Shown here piece by piece: positions 13,243 through 24,629 of a stretch of DNA of 64,000 nt. The stretch is taken from positions 1 through 64,000 of the forward strand of contig NIVC01000848.1 of the NCBI GenBank assembly GCA_002269645.1, written 5' to 3'. Positions within the stretch are counted from its first letter, which is position 1. The number at the start of each line of letters is the position of its first letter. The position numbers and the translations under genes are program-made. The stretch comes from Macrostomum lignano (Eukaryota). Under the pieces are notes generated by a model. The model did not search any database. It was not told the DNA's origin and saw only the letters and a list, made by a program, of their open reading frames with translations.

Positions 13243-13718
13243 TGCCTGCGATGCTCCAACGGCAGAGACGCCACCCTAGAATCCGGAGGCAGCAGTAGCG
13301 ACTTGGCAAATGCCGGCAGACTAATATCGGCCTTCAAATGCCTATAGAGATCGCGCAACAGGCAACGCAGCTGATGCCGCCCGGTGTCCTGTACAAGCAG
13401 ATCGCGGAATATCGCAGCCAGTGCCCGACACGCGTCCTTACTAGTGTGTGTGTGCAGGGCCACCAATACGGCTGCATTATTGGGATTGCGTACGCCCGAA
13501 CTAAGCTCGTTAGCAACTACAGTAGCCAGCACCGCGCGCAAATTATCCGGATGCTTTGACACCAGCATACGAAGGCATTGCAAATAATGCGCGAATACAG
13601 CTTTATGCGATTTGAAGCGCAGCTTGTCAACTAGCCTAGAGACCACTTCGCAGTCGCGGGAGCCGGCTAGGGCTGTGCAGTTGCAGCAGACAGCTGTGAG
13701 CAGGTCCATGGCTTCGGC
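13243..13718 (-). CDS. INTS1: Integrator complex subunit 1, internal exon
   Basis: Acceptor TTATCCAG|GCC, donor CA|GTGAGT; NELSSGVRNPNN matches INTS1 NELSSARNPNN. Confidence 0.92.
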
Positions 13719-13844
13719 CTGGATAAATTGCAGTTCGAGATGTTTTATCATTTTTTAATTAATTAAATAATTTGTTCAAATGTTTATCTTTTGACAAGAA
13801 TGTGCAATTAGCATTTCACGTGACTCTGATGTCTGATGACACAA

Positions 13845-14345
13845 CCGTGCAGATCCCAATACACCTTAGATTAGACACAGGTGTACAGATCCCAACACAC
13901 CCCAGATTAGACACAGGTGTACAGATCCCAATACACCCTAGATTAGACACAGGTGTACAGATCCCAATACACCCCAGATTAGACACAGGTGTACAGATCC
14001 CAATACACCCCAGATTAGACACAGGTGTACAGATCCCAATACACTCCAGATTAGACACAGGTGTACAGATCCCAATACACTCCAGATTAGACACAGGTGC
14101 ACAGATCCCAATACACCCCAGATTAGACACATGTGTACAGATCTCAATACCCCAGATTAGACGCAGGTGTACAGATCCCAATACACCCTAGATTAGACGC
14201 ACAGATCCCAATACACCCTACATATTCCAATACACCCTAGATTAGACGCACAGATCCCAATACACCCTACATATTCCAATACACCCTAGATTATACGCAC
14301 AGATCCCAATACCCCACTGGTTAAACACAGGTGTAACAAATCCCA
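13845..14345. repeat. 36 bp intronic minisatellite (third array of the same unit; degenerates toward the donor)
   Basis: About 9 clean copies plus shortened, degenerate copies. Confidence 0.92.
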
Positions 14346-14376
14346 AATGCGAGCAGGTGAAATCTCGCAGACTCGC

Positions 14377-15371
14377 CTGTAACTTAGCCAGCTGCAACCA
14401 CATCTCCAACCGGTTGGCAGCCATCAATCGAATCTCTGAATAGCCAGCCGCCACAGTCATCAGCCGGATGACGGCCCGTTGAGCAGCTTCGCTAGATGTA
14501 GCCTGGCCGCGTTTCTGCAAAGCGTCTTTGACGCAGACAACAACTAGCTCTTCTAGCCAGTGCGGCTTCTTAGCGTAGCGCGGTTGAATTGCTGGCTGTT
14601 GCTGCTGCTGGCCATCTTGAACGCCGCTGCTGCCGCTCTGGGCCGAGTCATCGTCGCTGGCGGTGGCGGCAACGCTTACGCTAGTGTGCGTCTGCGGCAA
14701 CTCTTTAGTAGCGTTGCCGCGTGTGCCGCCAAAGGTGAACAAAGCATCAGCCGGTGTGGCATTGGGAAACGAAGCCTCCAGATTGCGCACCAGCCAGCGG
14801 CAGTCGGTCCGATCTACCCAGAATCTATCGCCAACCGAGTCTTCAACAAATGCCCGCAGGATTGAGTCCGGCCAGGCGTCCTGGTCGCGCAGAGCGGCAG
14901 TTAACAAGCCAACGCAGAGCATAGCGGCCGGCCGGGACACCTGATCCCGCTTGCGTAGGAACGAGCAAAGACCGTCAAATATGAATGGCCGAGTGAAGCT
15001 GGTGGGCCTGGACTTGGCCAGGTAGGCCAGGCTCACAGTCAGTATAGGCGGTAGGCGAGTCTTGCACGAGCGCAACTGTACAAGCGCTCCGCACAGGTGC
15101 ATCTCAGCTTGAGCTCGGGCATCCGTACTGCCGCGAGATTCCAGCTGTTCGACTGAGCGAACCAGCTCGGTTGGATCCACTGGCCAAGCGTTCGACTCGA
15201 AGCTGGCCTCCTTGGCGCCAGGCCGGCGCTGGCCAGCCAGCTGCGGCGCCCCGGATGGCGCCAGCCCGACTACAACTGGGGCGCCGCCGGCTGCTGCTGC
15301 TGGCGCTGGTGAAACTGTCGCGGCGCCAGATTTGCTGCCAAGTGCGTGAAAGCTGCCGCCGCTGCCGCCAC
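14377..15371 (-). CDS. INTS1: Integrator complex subunit 1, first visible coding exon (upstream exon not located)
   Basis: Acceptor ACATCAG|GT (phase 1); GSFHALGSKS, SLAYLAK, FVEDSVGDRFWVD and RLEMWLQ match the INTS1 N-terminus; ends at a GC donor CAG|GCGAGT. The six exons total 6200 nt in one frame. Confidence 0.9.
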
Positions 15372-17740
15372 CTGATGTTATAATTAAATATGCAAAGTAT
15401 TCAACCTTGTCACCTTTGGATTATTATTAACTTTGTAATAAAGTCTACAATAGTACAATAAGGTAAGCAACTCTAATTTCTCAGATTTTTTAACACATAA
15501 CGTGTTAAAGTTTCATATTGTCTATAAATCATATTTCTCCTTGGCATTTTAAGAATACTATTAATTCTCAATTTTTTAGTAACCTATAAATGTAAAATCT
15601 GCAGACTTACACAACTTACATATAGATGTGGTTATTATATTTGATTTTGAAATTTGAATTCAGACCCAAAATGCCATGTGACACTATGATTTTGATAGCT
15701 TTGAAATTTACTATTTGCTTTAAGTAAAACTGTATTTGAAAAATTAATGCTTTTGAATCAAAAAACCTTGCAAAGCTGAATACAGCTATCTAAAATATAG
15801 CAAAACTGAATGTTTTTTGTTTTTATAGCAGATACCCACCCTGATCTTATAATTTTTTATATCTTAGCTACTGTCTAATGTGGCTCACAGCTGATAGTAG
15901 GTTAGGTACCCCTGAACTAAGGCATCATAGGCACCACTTATGGCAGATACAATATTTTTATATTAGAAAATTTACAAGAAAACCTTTTTAAGGTTGGACA
16001 AATGAGTTACCTTATTTCATAATGCACTACAGGCATATCATAGCTACAGAATGGGTTTTTTTCTAGCATAGATGCAATGCAATTAAAGCTTATTGAGGTG
16101 CTTTATATAGTAATAGCAGCTATGTAGCTAAAGTCTTAGCTAAAAAGATAGCACTAACTATGAATTATATTTGATTTAGCTATCATATTAAAGTATTTCG
16201 TATTTTAATATATCAAAGAATATTATATTTTTTATTAAGTACTATTAAAAATAGTGTTGCCATTTTATTACTATTTAAACTTTTTTTTTCAAAATGCAGC
16301 ATTTAAACATAGTAGTTAATATAATAAGACTGTTGCCAATAGAAATGACTGGGTAAATATCTAGATTTAGTTTTTGAATCTTTTGAATCTATGATGCAGT
16401 TTATACTAAGTATCTTTGTTTAATTTTATCTCTTTATAATATTTATTATTTTTTTAAATTTATAACTACAGCTATGGGAATCTATAGAATGTGACTATAA
16501 TTATTATATTTCCTTAGTCATAGCCATAAGAGTAGCTATCTACTATAGGTATATCCATAGCTGCTGTAGGCACCTATTTGACCATATTAGCCATAGGATC
16601 CTATAGCCATAGCTATGGCAAAACACTAATTTTATGCCATTATTGTTTTTTTGCCAAAAATCCCAAATTGCCAAAGTTTATTTGGAATATTCTGTTTTAA
16701 CTGCAATTAATTTTTAATTAATTTCTAATTTTTAATTCAATTAATTTTTTATGTCTATGTACACTAATATGTATATTACACAATGTTTTAAATTGTCAAT
16801 TTTGAAATGTTAGTACCAGACTAGTGGTTTTGATATTTAATTTCAATTAGAAAAGTTAAAAAGTAAAAAAATGGTTATAATTCAAAAGATAAGTAATTCT
16901 ATAAGATTGCAAACATAGCATTTAACACATGTTTTTATAAAGATAACTAAATTCATCAATATATAAATTGTGTATTTCACTTTTAAGACCCTTTTCTAGA
17001 TTGCAAATTACTTCAATTCTAATACAAAAATCATTGAAATGATTAATTTTTCAATTTGACACTAAATATCATTAAGTTACAACTGAATCTAAACATTGTG
17101 TGCAGCCTATTTTGGTGAAAGAATTTTTGGTGCAAAAGTGAATTTTTTGGTTAAATAGATATACATTTTGGCAAAAGAAAGTGATTAGTTTGGCAAAAAC
17201 ATAGGCTACATATAATTACAAATATATATTTGGTAATTGAAGCTTTTAATAAATTATTCATTGCTGCAAATTATTTGCAGTTAGAAAATTTAAAAACTTA
17301 TGACTTACTAATAGCTATGTTATGTACATGCAATCTATTGATATACAATCAATAGATTAGGGATATAACAGTGTGGTTTTTTAGTTCCAAGTCCTAAAAT
17401 TGTGAGGAATTTTTCTAAACAAACCCTACTTGAAATCCTACTATAACAGAATGGCACCTAATAAAACAACTGAATTAAAATGCAAGTCTATGACAGAACA
17501 AAAAATGTTACAATAAAATTAGTCTTTATTATTATAAAGTTCATCATTTCTCTTTTAACTTTCTTCTAAAACAATAAAAACTCTTTACTAAAGCTTGGAA
17601 CAAATATTTTGCCAAAATGGTCAGCTTTAGACAAAATGGTCACTATAGTCAAGAAAGTAGTATATTTCACACAAAATTATGGTGCATACAAAGGAATTTT
17701 TAGCATACATGGCATACCACACTTAATGTATAGTCTATAA

Positions 17741-17815
17741 CAGTAGTTCTCAACCTGTGGGTTGCAACCGTCAGTGGGGTCATGTGACCATTTTCTAGAG
17801 GTTGCAGCACTAAGA
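17741..17815. mobile_element. orphan end of a Charlie-type hAT element
   Basis: CAGTAGTTCTCAACCTGTGGGTTGCAACC resembles Charlie/MER5-type termini; preceded by GTCTATAA (NTCTAGAN-like target); no partner end found. Confidence 0.4.
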
Positions 17816-17840
17816 AATGTGAGTATGTCATACTTAATGA

Positions 17841-18957
17841 TAGAGCCTAACCAGGATCCCAATCCCAACTTGGTTGGGACCCATGTGTTTTTTTCAGAAT
17901 CCCAACCATGTTGGGAATAAGTGTCAGGAGTCAGGAAAAGTCAGGCGGGATTATAAAAAGTTTTTAAATTTCAAGTATATCTTAAAAATCATTTAGAAGC
18001 AATTTTGAAAGGACTAACTGAGGCAAGTATGCCAAATTTATTCATTTAAATGAATCAATCAACTTACTCAAACAAAAAGTAATTGAAAAGCACAATTTTA
18101 TGCTAAAAGTGTTATTCAATCATTTATAATTATTGGAAATACTAACAAAATGAAAACTATAAAGTTATTGCAAAAAATATGACAATAGCCAAATAGGTTG
18201 AGGTTTGAAATTTACTGAGTATCAATTTTCATTCTACTTGACTACTCTTTTTTATTAGAGGCAGGGGGGTGTGTGTACCCTGGCACACTTTAAATGACAT
18301 TGACATTAAGTGATACACAACCGCGAGAGGCATTACTGCCCATTTTGCTGACTCCCCTGAGCAGGCATACAAGTGCATGGATATGTATGCAGGCACACAC
18401 TCACACTTTATTTTATTATTAGGCATGTACATTTCACTGTGCCTTGGGGGGGTTGGCTTTCAAGGCCATTAATTGCACGAGCAGAGCTAAGCCAAGATTC
18501 CAATTCAGCCCCAAATTAATAAGACTGCACTTGGAATCAAGCCTGGGTCACTGGCACATTAGATCCTGTGCTAGACTGCTAGGCTATGGCCCCCCTACTT
18601 GATTGCTCAACAAAACTTGACTTGAATACTCAGCTTGAACTCCCAAAGTTTTGTCAAGTATTCAGCTTGGCCAAAACCTGAGTTTGTCTAGGCTCTATGC
18701 TCTAGTAGCACTACAAGTAAATATACAAGTACAAGTACAAGTTAGACTAGTATAGTAATATCACTTGACTAATAATACTAATTAATACATATGCCTAGCT
18801 ATATATTATAATAATAAATGCATCTTTAACTATCCCATACCTAAATAATCCTGGATTCCAATGGTAGATCTTGATACTGATCCTAATCAATCCTAAGTCC
18901 TGACTTTTATGAATTTAATCCTGCCTAACCAGATTTTTCTATCCTGGTTGGGCTCTA
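17841..18957. mobile_element. non-autonomous hAT element (MITE), 1117 bp
   Basis: 17 bp TIR TAGAGCC(T/C)AACCAGGAT (16/17 match); perfect 8 bp TSD CTTAATGA at 17833-17840 and 18958-18965; inverted subterminal AAAGTCAGG motifs; no transposase ORF. Confidence 0.85.
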
Positions 18958-18986
18958 CTTAATGATGCATTATATTGATTGAAAAT

Positions 18987-19694
18987 TGGTGCATGACCAA
19001 GATGGCCACATACCAAGATGGCCACAGCTCGAAATGTTTAAATAAGTAATAATAAGACTAGGTTTACATATTTCACATATTTCCATTTGGTAGTAATTAG
19101 GGAAATAGACGTTATAATAGAATTTTAGGCTATCTTCTCGAATAATTCATTTAATTCTAACCCCCACCCCCCACCACCCTTGAATAGAGGGCAAAATAAT
19201 TCTGGAAATAATTAAACAAATGATTCGAGAAGATTGCCAAATTTTATTGCATCACAATTATTCCTTTTGGCCTTAGCTTTTATTATAGCCTGATCTAGGG
19301 GCTTATAGATATTTATCCACTACATAAGGCAAGTACAGAATACATATAAGGCACTACATAAGGCAAGCACAAAATAAATACCTTATTGCATATTTATCCC
19401 AATTTTTTACATAGCTAGCATTACCACTAAAAATGGTTTCTTGATAAACTAATAGTGATAAGATTTGATAGATGTAATGATAGAAAATATATTGGCATAA
19501 ACACTAAAAAAATATTAAAGTTTTTATGGAGGTAAAAGGCCTAAATAGTTTCAAATTTACTAGGCCTATTGTATCAGTATTTATGAATATGATTGATTAA
19601 ACATAATTATTATAAATATAACAATAGCTGAATTATATTGTTAATTAATGATGTTCTAGCTATCTTAGTGTGTGGCCATCTTGGTCTTATACCA
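18987..19694. mobile_element. non-autonomous DNA transposon (MITE), 708 bp, 6 bp TSD
   Basis: 24 bp TIR TGGTGCATGACCAAGATGGCCACA (21/24 match); TSD GAAAAT at 18981-18986 and 19695-19700. Confidence 0.8.
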
Positions 19695-21744
19695 GAAAAT
19701 CTTTGCTGCTGAGTCACTAAACCCATGATAAACAAGTTTGTTTAAAACAAATACAGATTTGGGGTAGGATTTTGAGAATACAAAATAAAACACATTTACT
19801 ACAGACAAACAGATATTTGGTCTTCGGAGAATTTTATAGAAAATACATTCAAAACCGGGTGATACTACTTACCGCCATGTGGTTTAATTCCACGCCTCAT
19901 ATTTACAGACATTATATCATTTGGTACACTCAATGCATTTTAAAGCCTGTGAACAAATCATTTGTATGTGTGTACAATTAAAAGAAGGTACAAATATAGT
20001 TATACTTCAATGTTGTCATAAAAGTACACAATTTTTATGCAAAGCGACAGGGAGTCACTAAAGACTAAAAAAATTAATTTGGCGCCCAAGAGGAGCGGGC
20101 TCCGACACGTATATTTATACTATTTTCATTAAAAGTTAAAACAAATTAAAATGTCAGTTAATAAGTAATCTAACCATTATTACTATTTTTACAGTAAATT
20201 AGCAACAAGACAACATAACTTAATAATGTATTATTTCGATACTTTTTGGGCTACTTTTTTAACGACTTTTCAAGAACCATGACTTCTCGATTGATCTTGC
20301 CATATTGTATTGCTATACACGGACAAGTGTAAGCAACGCGATTGGCAATTGCCAAATTCTACAGCTGTTTCGGATATTTATTTTTTCTTTTTTACGGAAT
20401 CCTAGCTATATGTATATTACGGTTCGAAGAGAAGCAACAAGCAATGCATTAACAAAGCTCTGTGAAATTCGTGTAGGAATTTCGTACATTTGATGCACTT
20501 ACACTAAGGACGACTGTAGTATAACAGGGGTTTATAGCATATAAAATATGCACTTTTCCCTGTATGAACTAAAAATTTAGACTGTCCATATAGAACCTAG
20601 ACTACTGATGAGTGTGTATTAATTTTTAAGAAATGCCTTTTTGCTGTAGCGCAGATATACATGTGTACATGTACATGTATACGGATTACCCATGCAGCTT
20701 ACCTGTAAGACGAGGAACGTACATGTATGCATGTACATTTTGGACTCCTGGATCGTCGAGATTAAGATGCTTAAACACGAAATGTAAATTACATGAAGCT
20801 CCATATATGCACTTACTTTTGTTCAAGTTATATCCGCTAATATAAATTATTTACACACTGTCTTAGCGTAAACTTATTTAGCAATATACCGGATGTGATT
20901 TCAGAAAACTTTAATGTGATTGATACATCACATTTAATTGTTCGTAATTTAATGTATAAAATTGATTAATGAGCTCAGGAAAAAAGAACTAATTAAAAAT
21001 GAAGCAACAAAAGTGACACGCAGACGATGACTGAGACTATCTTCTAATGCTAATGCTAACTTTATGGATGCAGGATGCAGTTAAAAAACACGCATAAACA
21101 AAGTAAGAGTAAAACTTTGCAGGAGGAAAAATTGAAATACGAGCGTATTGCGATTTAATGACTAGTTATGTGTATAAATAACATAGACAATATTTATATA
21201 TGTATACTTCAAGGCTCCAATTTCAGCTTGATCAATCTTAGTAATAAATGTCAAGGCAAAAATCTCATAAGATCTGAAGGAAAGGGGAGACTAGAACTCA
21301 AATATCACTTTACTGCAGCCTCGTTTAAAACTATTTTTGGAACTTCGAAGCTCAGGAGGTAAAAAATCATTCATTCAAAAAGGAACCACTAAATTATTTG
21401 AATAATAATATTTAAAACATTAGGATTACTGAATACGTATTAATATGCAACTAATAATTTAAACCATAAAGTTAATCGTAATACTAATTGTAAACCTGAA
21501 AAACAGGGATTTTCGATCAGTACATGTATTACAATAGTTTAAGTACTAAATAATACCATACATCAACATCAAAGTGGTGAATAGACTTCATTGTACATGC
21601 ATGCTCTACATGTAGATTTTGGACATGTGACAGCGGTTTGCTAATAATACTAAAATAACACCAATAAATTAACCAAGCCTATTGAAATTGCTTTCAACCA
21701 AGCTTAAATTATGATAAATTTTAGTTGAACAGTGACAAGTAACC

Positions 21745-22378
21745 TACTGACAAAAAACTGTGCTTATCTACTGACACAAAATTGTGCTTATCTACTGACA
21801 CAAAATTGTGCATATCTACTGACACAGAATTTTGCTTATCTACTGACACAAAATTGTGCTTATCTACTGACACAGAATTGTGCTTATCTACTGACACAAA
21901 ACTGTGCTTATCTACTGACACAGAATTTTGCTTATCTACTGACACAAAATTGTGCTTATCTACTGACACAGAATTGTGCTTATCTACTGACACAAAACTG
22001 TGCTTATCTACTGACACAGAATTGTGCTTATCTACTGACACAGAATTGTGCTTATCTACTGACACAAAATTGTGCATATCTACTGACACAAAATTGTGCA
22101 TATCTACTGACACAGAATTGTGCTTATCTACTGACACATAAATGTGCTTATCTAATGACACAAAACTGTGCTTATCTACTGACACAAAACTGTGCTTATC
22201 TACTGACACAGAATTGTGCTTATCTACTGACACAGAATTGTGCTTATCTACTGACACAGAATTGTGCTTATCTAATGACACAGAATTGTGCTTATCTACT
22301 GACACAGAATTGTGCTTATCTAATGACACAGAATTGTGCTTATCTACTGACACAGAATTTTGCTTATCTACTGACTGT
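21745..22378. repeat. 24 bp minisatellite TGCTTATCTACTGACACAGAATTG
   Basis: About 26 copies, starting about 70 bp 3' of the P450-like stop codon. Confidence 0.95.
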
Positions 22379-22450
22379 GTGTTAATTGAACAGACCTTGA
22401 AAATTGAAGTTCATAGATATCGCACACACAAACTGCAGCACTACAGTTGC

Positions 22451-22819
22451 TCACTCCTCAGGCACCTCCCGCCTAGCCGTATAGGCAAAGCTACCAGGCT
22501 GCTTGCCCGGACTCAGCCGGTACCTGAGCAGCACGCCTTGCACAAGCGCCGATGCCAGGGCCAGAGCGAATCGATAGAACGGCGACTTAGCATGGACGGC
22601 CTGCAACGGCGAGCCGGAGATGCCGCCGCCCTCCGGCTGTTGAGCGAACCTGTCCCAGTGCAGTTCGCCAGCCGACTGGAAGACCAGCGGGTCGCGGTTA
22701 ACAGCGTGCAGATTCACCGCCACGCAGGAGCCCATGGGCAGCAGGCAGCCGGCGCACACCAGCTCAGCTGTGCTCAGAAATACCGCCGTATCGCTGCCAA
22801 TATCTTCTATGCGGATTAT
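22451..22819 (-). CDS. cytochrome P450-like protein, exon 4 (K-helix, meander, degenerate heme loop, L-helix)
   Basis: Acceptor CTCTGCAG|ATA; with exon 3 gives EE|IIR (ExxR); LLPMGSCVAVNLHAVNRDP...WDRF matches GxxIPkGtxVxxNlxaihRDP...PERF; heme loop reads PLQAVHAKSPFYRFA with no Cys; TGA stop. Confidence 0.82.
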   Translation of the reverse strand: MIRIEDIGSDTAVFLSTAELVCAGCLLPMGSCVAVNLHAVNRDPLVFQSAGELHWDRFAQQPEGGGISGSPLQAVHAKSPFYRFALALASALVQGVLLRYRLSPGKQPGSFAYTARREVPEE

Positions 22820-22909
22820 CTGCAGAGTTTGCCGCGGTTGCTTTTTAGGGATTAGATTAGTGTCAGTTCTCTCTCATATCCTTTGTCTGCTCCAACCATG
22901 CCTTAGGAT

Positions 22910-24240
22910 TCTGCATTCCCTATCCCTCAGAGGCTTCATTCCCTATCCCTCAGAGGCTTCATTCCCTATCCCTCAGAGGCTTCATTCCCTATCCCTCAGA
23001 GGCTTCATTCCCTATCCCTCAGGCTTCATTCCCTATCCCTCAGAGGCTTCATTCCCTATCCCTCAGAGGCTTCATTCCCTATCCCTCAGGCTTCATTCCC
23101 TATCCCTCAGGCTTCATTCCCTATCCCTCAGAGGCTTCATTCCCTATCCCTCAGAGGCTTCATTCCCTATCCCTCAGAGGCTTCATTCCCTATCCCTCAG
23201 GCTTGATTCCCTATCCCTCAGAGGCTTGATTCCCTATCCCTCAGAGCTTGATTCCCTATCCCTCAGGCTTCATTCCCTATCCCTCAGAGGCTTGATTCCC
23301 TATCCCTCAGGCTTCATTCCCTTTTCCCTATCTCTCAGGCTTCATTCCCTATCCCTCAGGCTTCATTCCCTATCCCTCAGGCTTCATTCCCTATCCCTCA
23401 GAGGCTTCATTCCCTATCCCTCAGAGCTTGATTCCCTATCCCTCAGAGCTTGATTCCCTATCCCTCAGAGCTTGATTCCCTATCCCTCAGAGGCTTGATT
23501 CTCTATCCCTCAGGCTTCATTCCCTATCCCTCAGCTCAGGCTTCATTCCCTATCCCTCAGAGGCTTGATTCCCTATCCCTCAGAGGCTTGATTCCCTATC
23601 CCTCAGAGCTTCATTCCCTATCCCTCAGAGGCTTCATTCCCTATCCCTCAGAGGCTTCATTCCCTATCCCTCAGGCTTCATTCCCTATCCCTCAGAGGCT
23701 TCATTCCCTATCCCTCAGGCTTCATTCCCTATCCCTCAGGCTTCATTCCCTATCCCTCAGAGGCTTCATTCCCTATCCCTCAGAGGCTTCATTCCCTATC
23801 CCTCAGAGGCTTCATTCCCTATCCCTCAGGCTTGATTCCCTATCCCTCAGAGGCTTGATTCCCTATCCCTCAGAGCTTGATTCCCTATCCCTCAGGCTTC
23901 ATTCCCTATCCCTCAGAGGCTTGATTCCCTATCCCTCAGGCTTCATTCCCTTTTCCCTATCTCTCAGGCTTCATTCCCTATCCCTCAGGCTTCATTCCCT
24001 ATCCCTCAGGCTTCATTCCCTATCCCTCAGAGGCTTCATTCCCTATCCCTCAGAGCTTGATTCCCTATCCCTCAGAGCTTGATTCCCTATCCCTCAGAGG
24101 CTTGATTCTCTATCCCTCAGGCTTCATTCCCTATCCCTCAGCTCAGGCTTCATTCCCTATCCCTCAGAGGCTTGATTCCCTATCCCTCAGAGGCTTGATT
24201 CCCTATCCCTCAGAGCTTCATTCCCTATCCCTCAGAGGCT
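22910..24240. repeat. 23/21 bp intronic minisatellite (AG)GCTTCATTCCCTATCCCTCAG with a ~610-630 bp higher-order duplication
   Basis: Period 23 (22921 to 22944); rare variants recur at 23321/23950 and 23531/24138. Confidence 0.93.
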
Positions 24241-24271
24241 TCGTTTATTCATTCCCCCACTCCTCTCAGAC

Positions 24272-24571
24272 CTCTTCCAGTGCAGCCTCAACGCTGTCGT
24301 TGTCGGCCACGCTGACCGCGGCAAAGAACTGGTCGGGTGCAGCGGCCACCCGAACAAGGCAGGCGTGCACCAGATCGGGCACAATGGCCAGAGACAAGCA
24401 GGCAAAGTCCAGCGCCTCCTGAACCATGTGATTGGCCGTGACAAAATCTGTGTCGGTGATGCCGCACTGATCGAACGACATTTTCTCTTTGATGAAGCGT
24501 TCAACGAAGCTGGGCACGCTGCGATCTACCAGGTTATTGTGCGTGTCGCTCATGAAGTGGTCCAGAAAGTC
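24272..24571 (-). CDS. cytochrome P450-like protein, exon 3 (G-H-I-J helices)
   Basis: Acceptor GAACTCAG|GAC, weak donor GAG|GTCTGA, 300 nt, phases 0/0; DRSVPSFVERFIKEK resembles CYP2 dpxxPrDFIDxfLxe; the I-helix lacks AGxxT. Confidence 0.78.
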
Positions 24572-24629
24572 CTGAGTTCGATTGGTTGCAGGGGGTGTCG
24601 TATAGATATATAGAGAGCTTGTGAATTCA

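Noticed and set aside
15171-15372. SL-supplied AUG as the INTS1 start at acceptor 15372
   Set aside because: It would be phase 0, whereas the conserved GSFHALGSK frame requires a phase-1 upstream exon.
17101-17210. Short inverted repeat TG(C/T)AGCCTAT with TTTGGCAAAA motifs (possible mini-MITE)
   Set aside because: Only about 10 bp of TIR and no TSD in very AT-rich DNA.
22570-22610. Alternative-frame AGRPC as a frameshifted P450 heme motif
   Set aside because: The spacing is wrong (GRxC rather than GxRxC), it is followed immediately by TAA, and it would need two frameshifts, while the main frame aligns without gaps on both sides.
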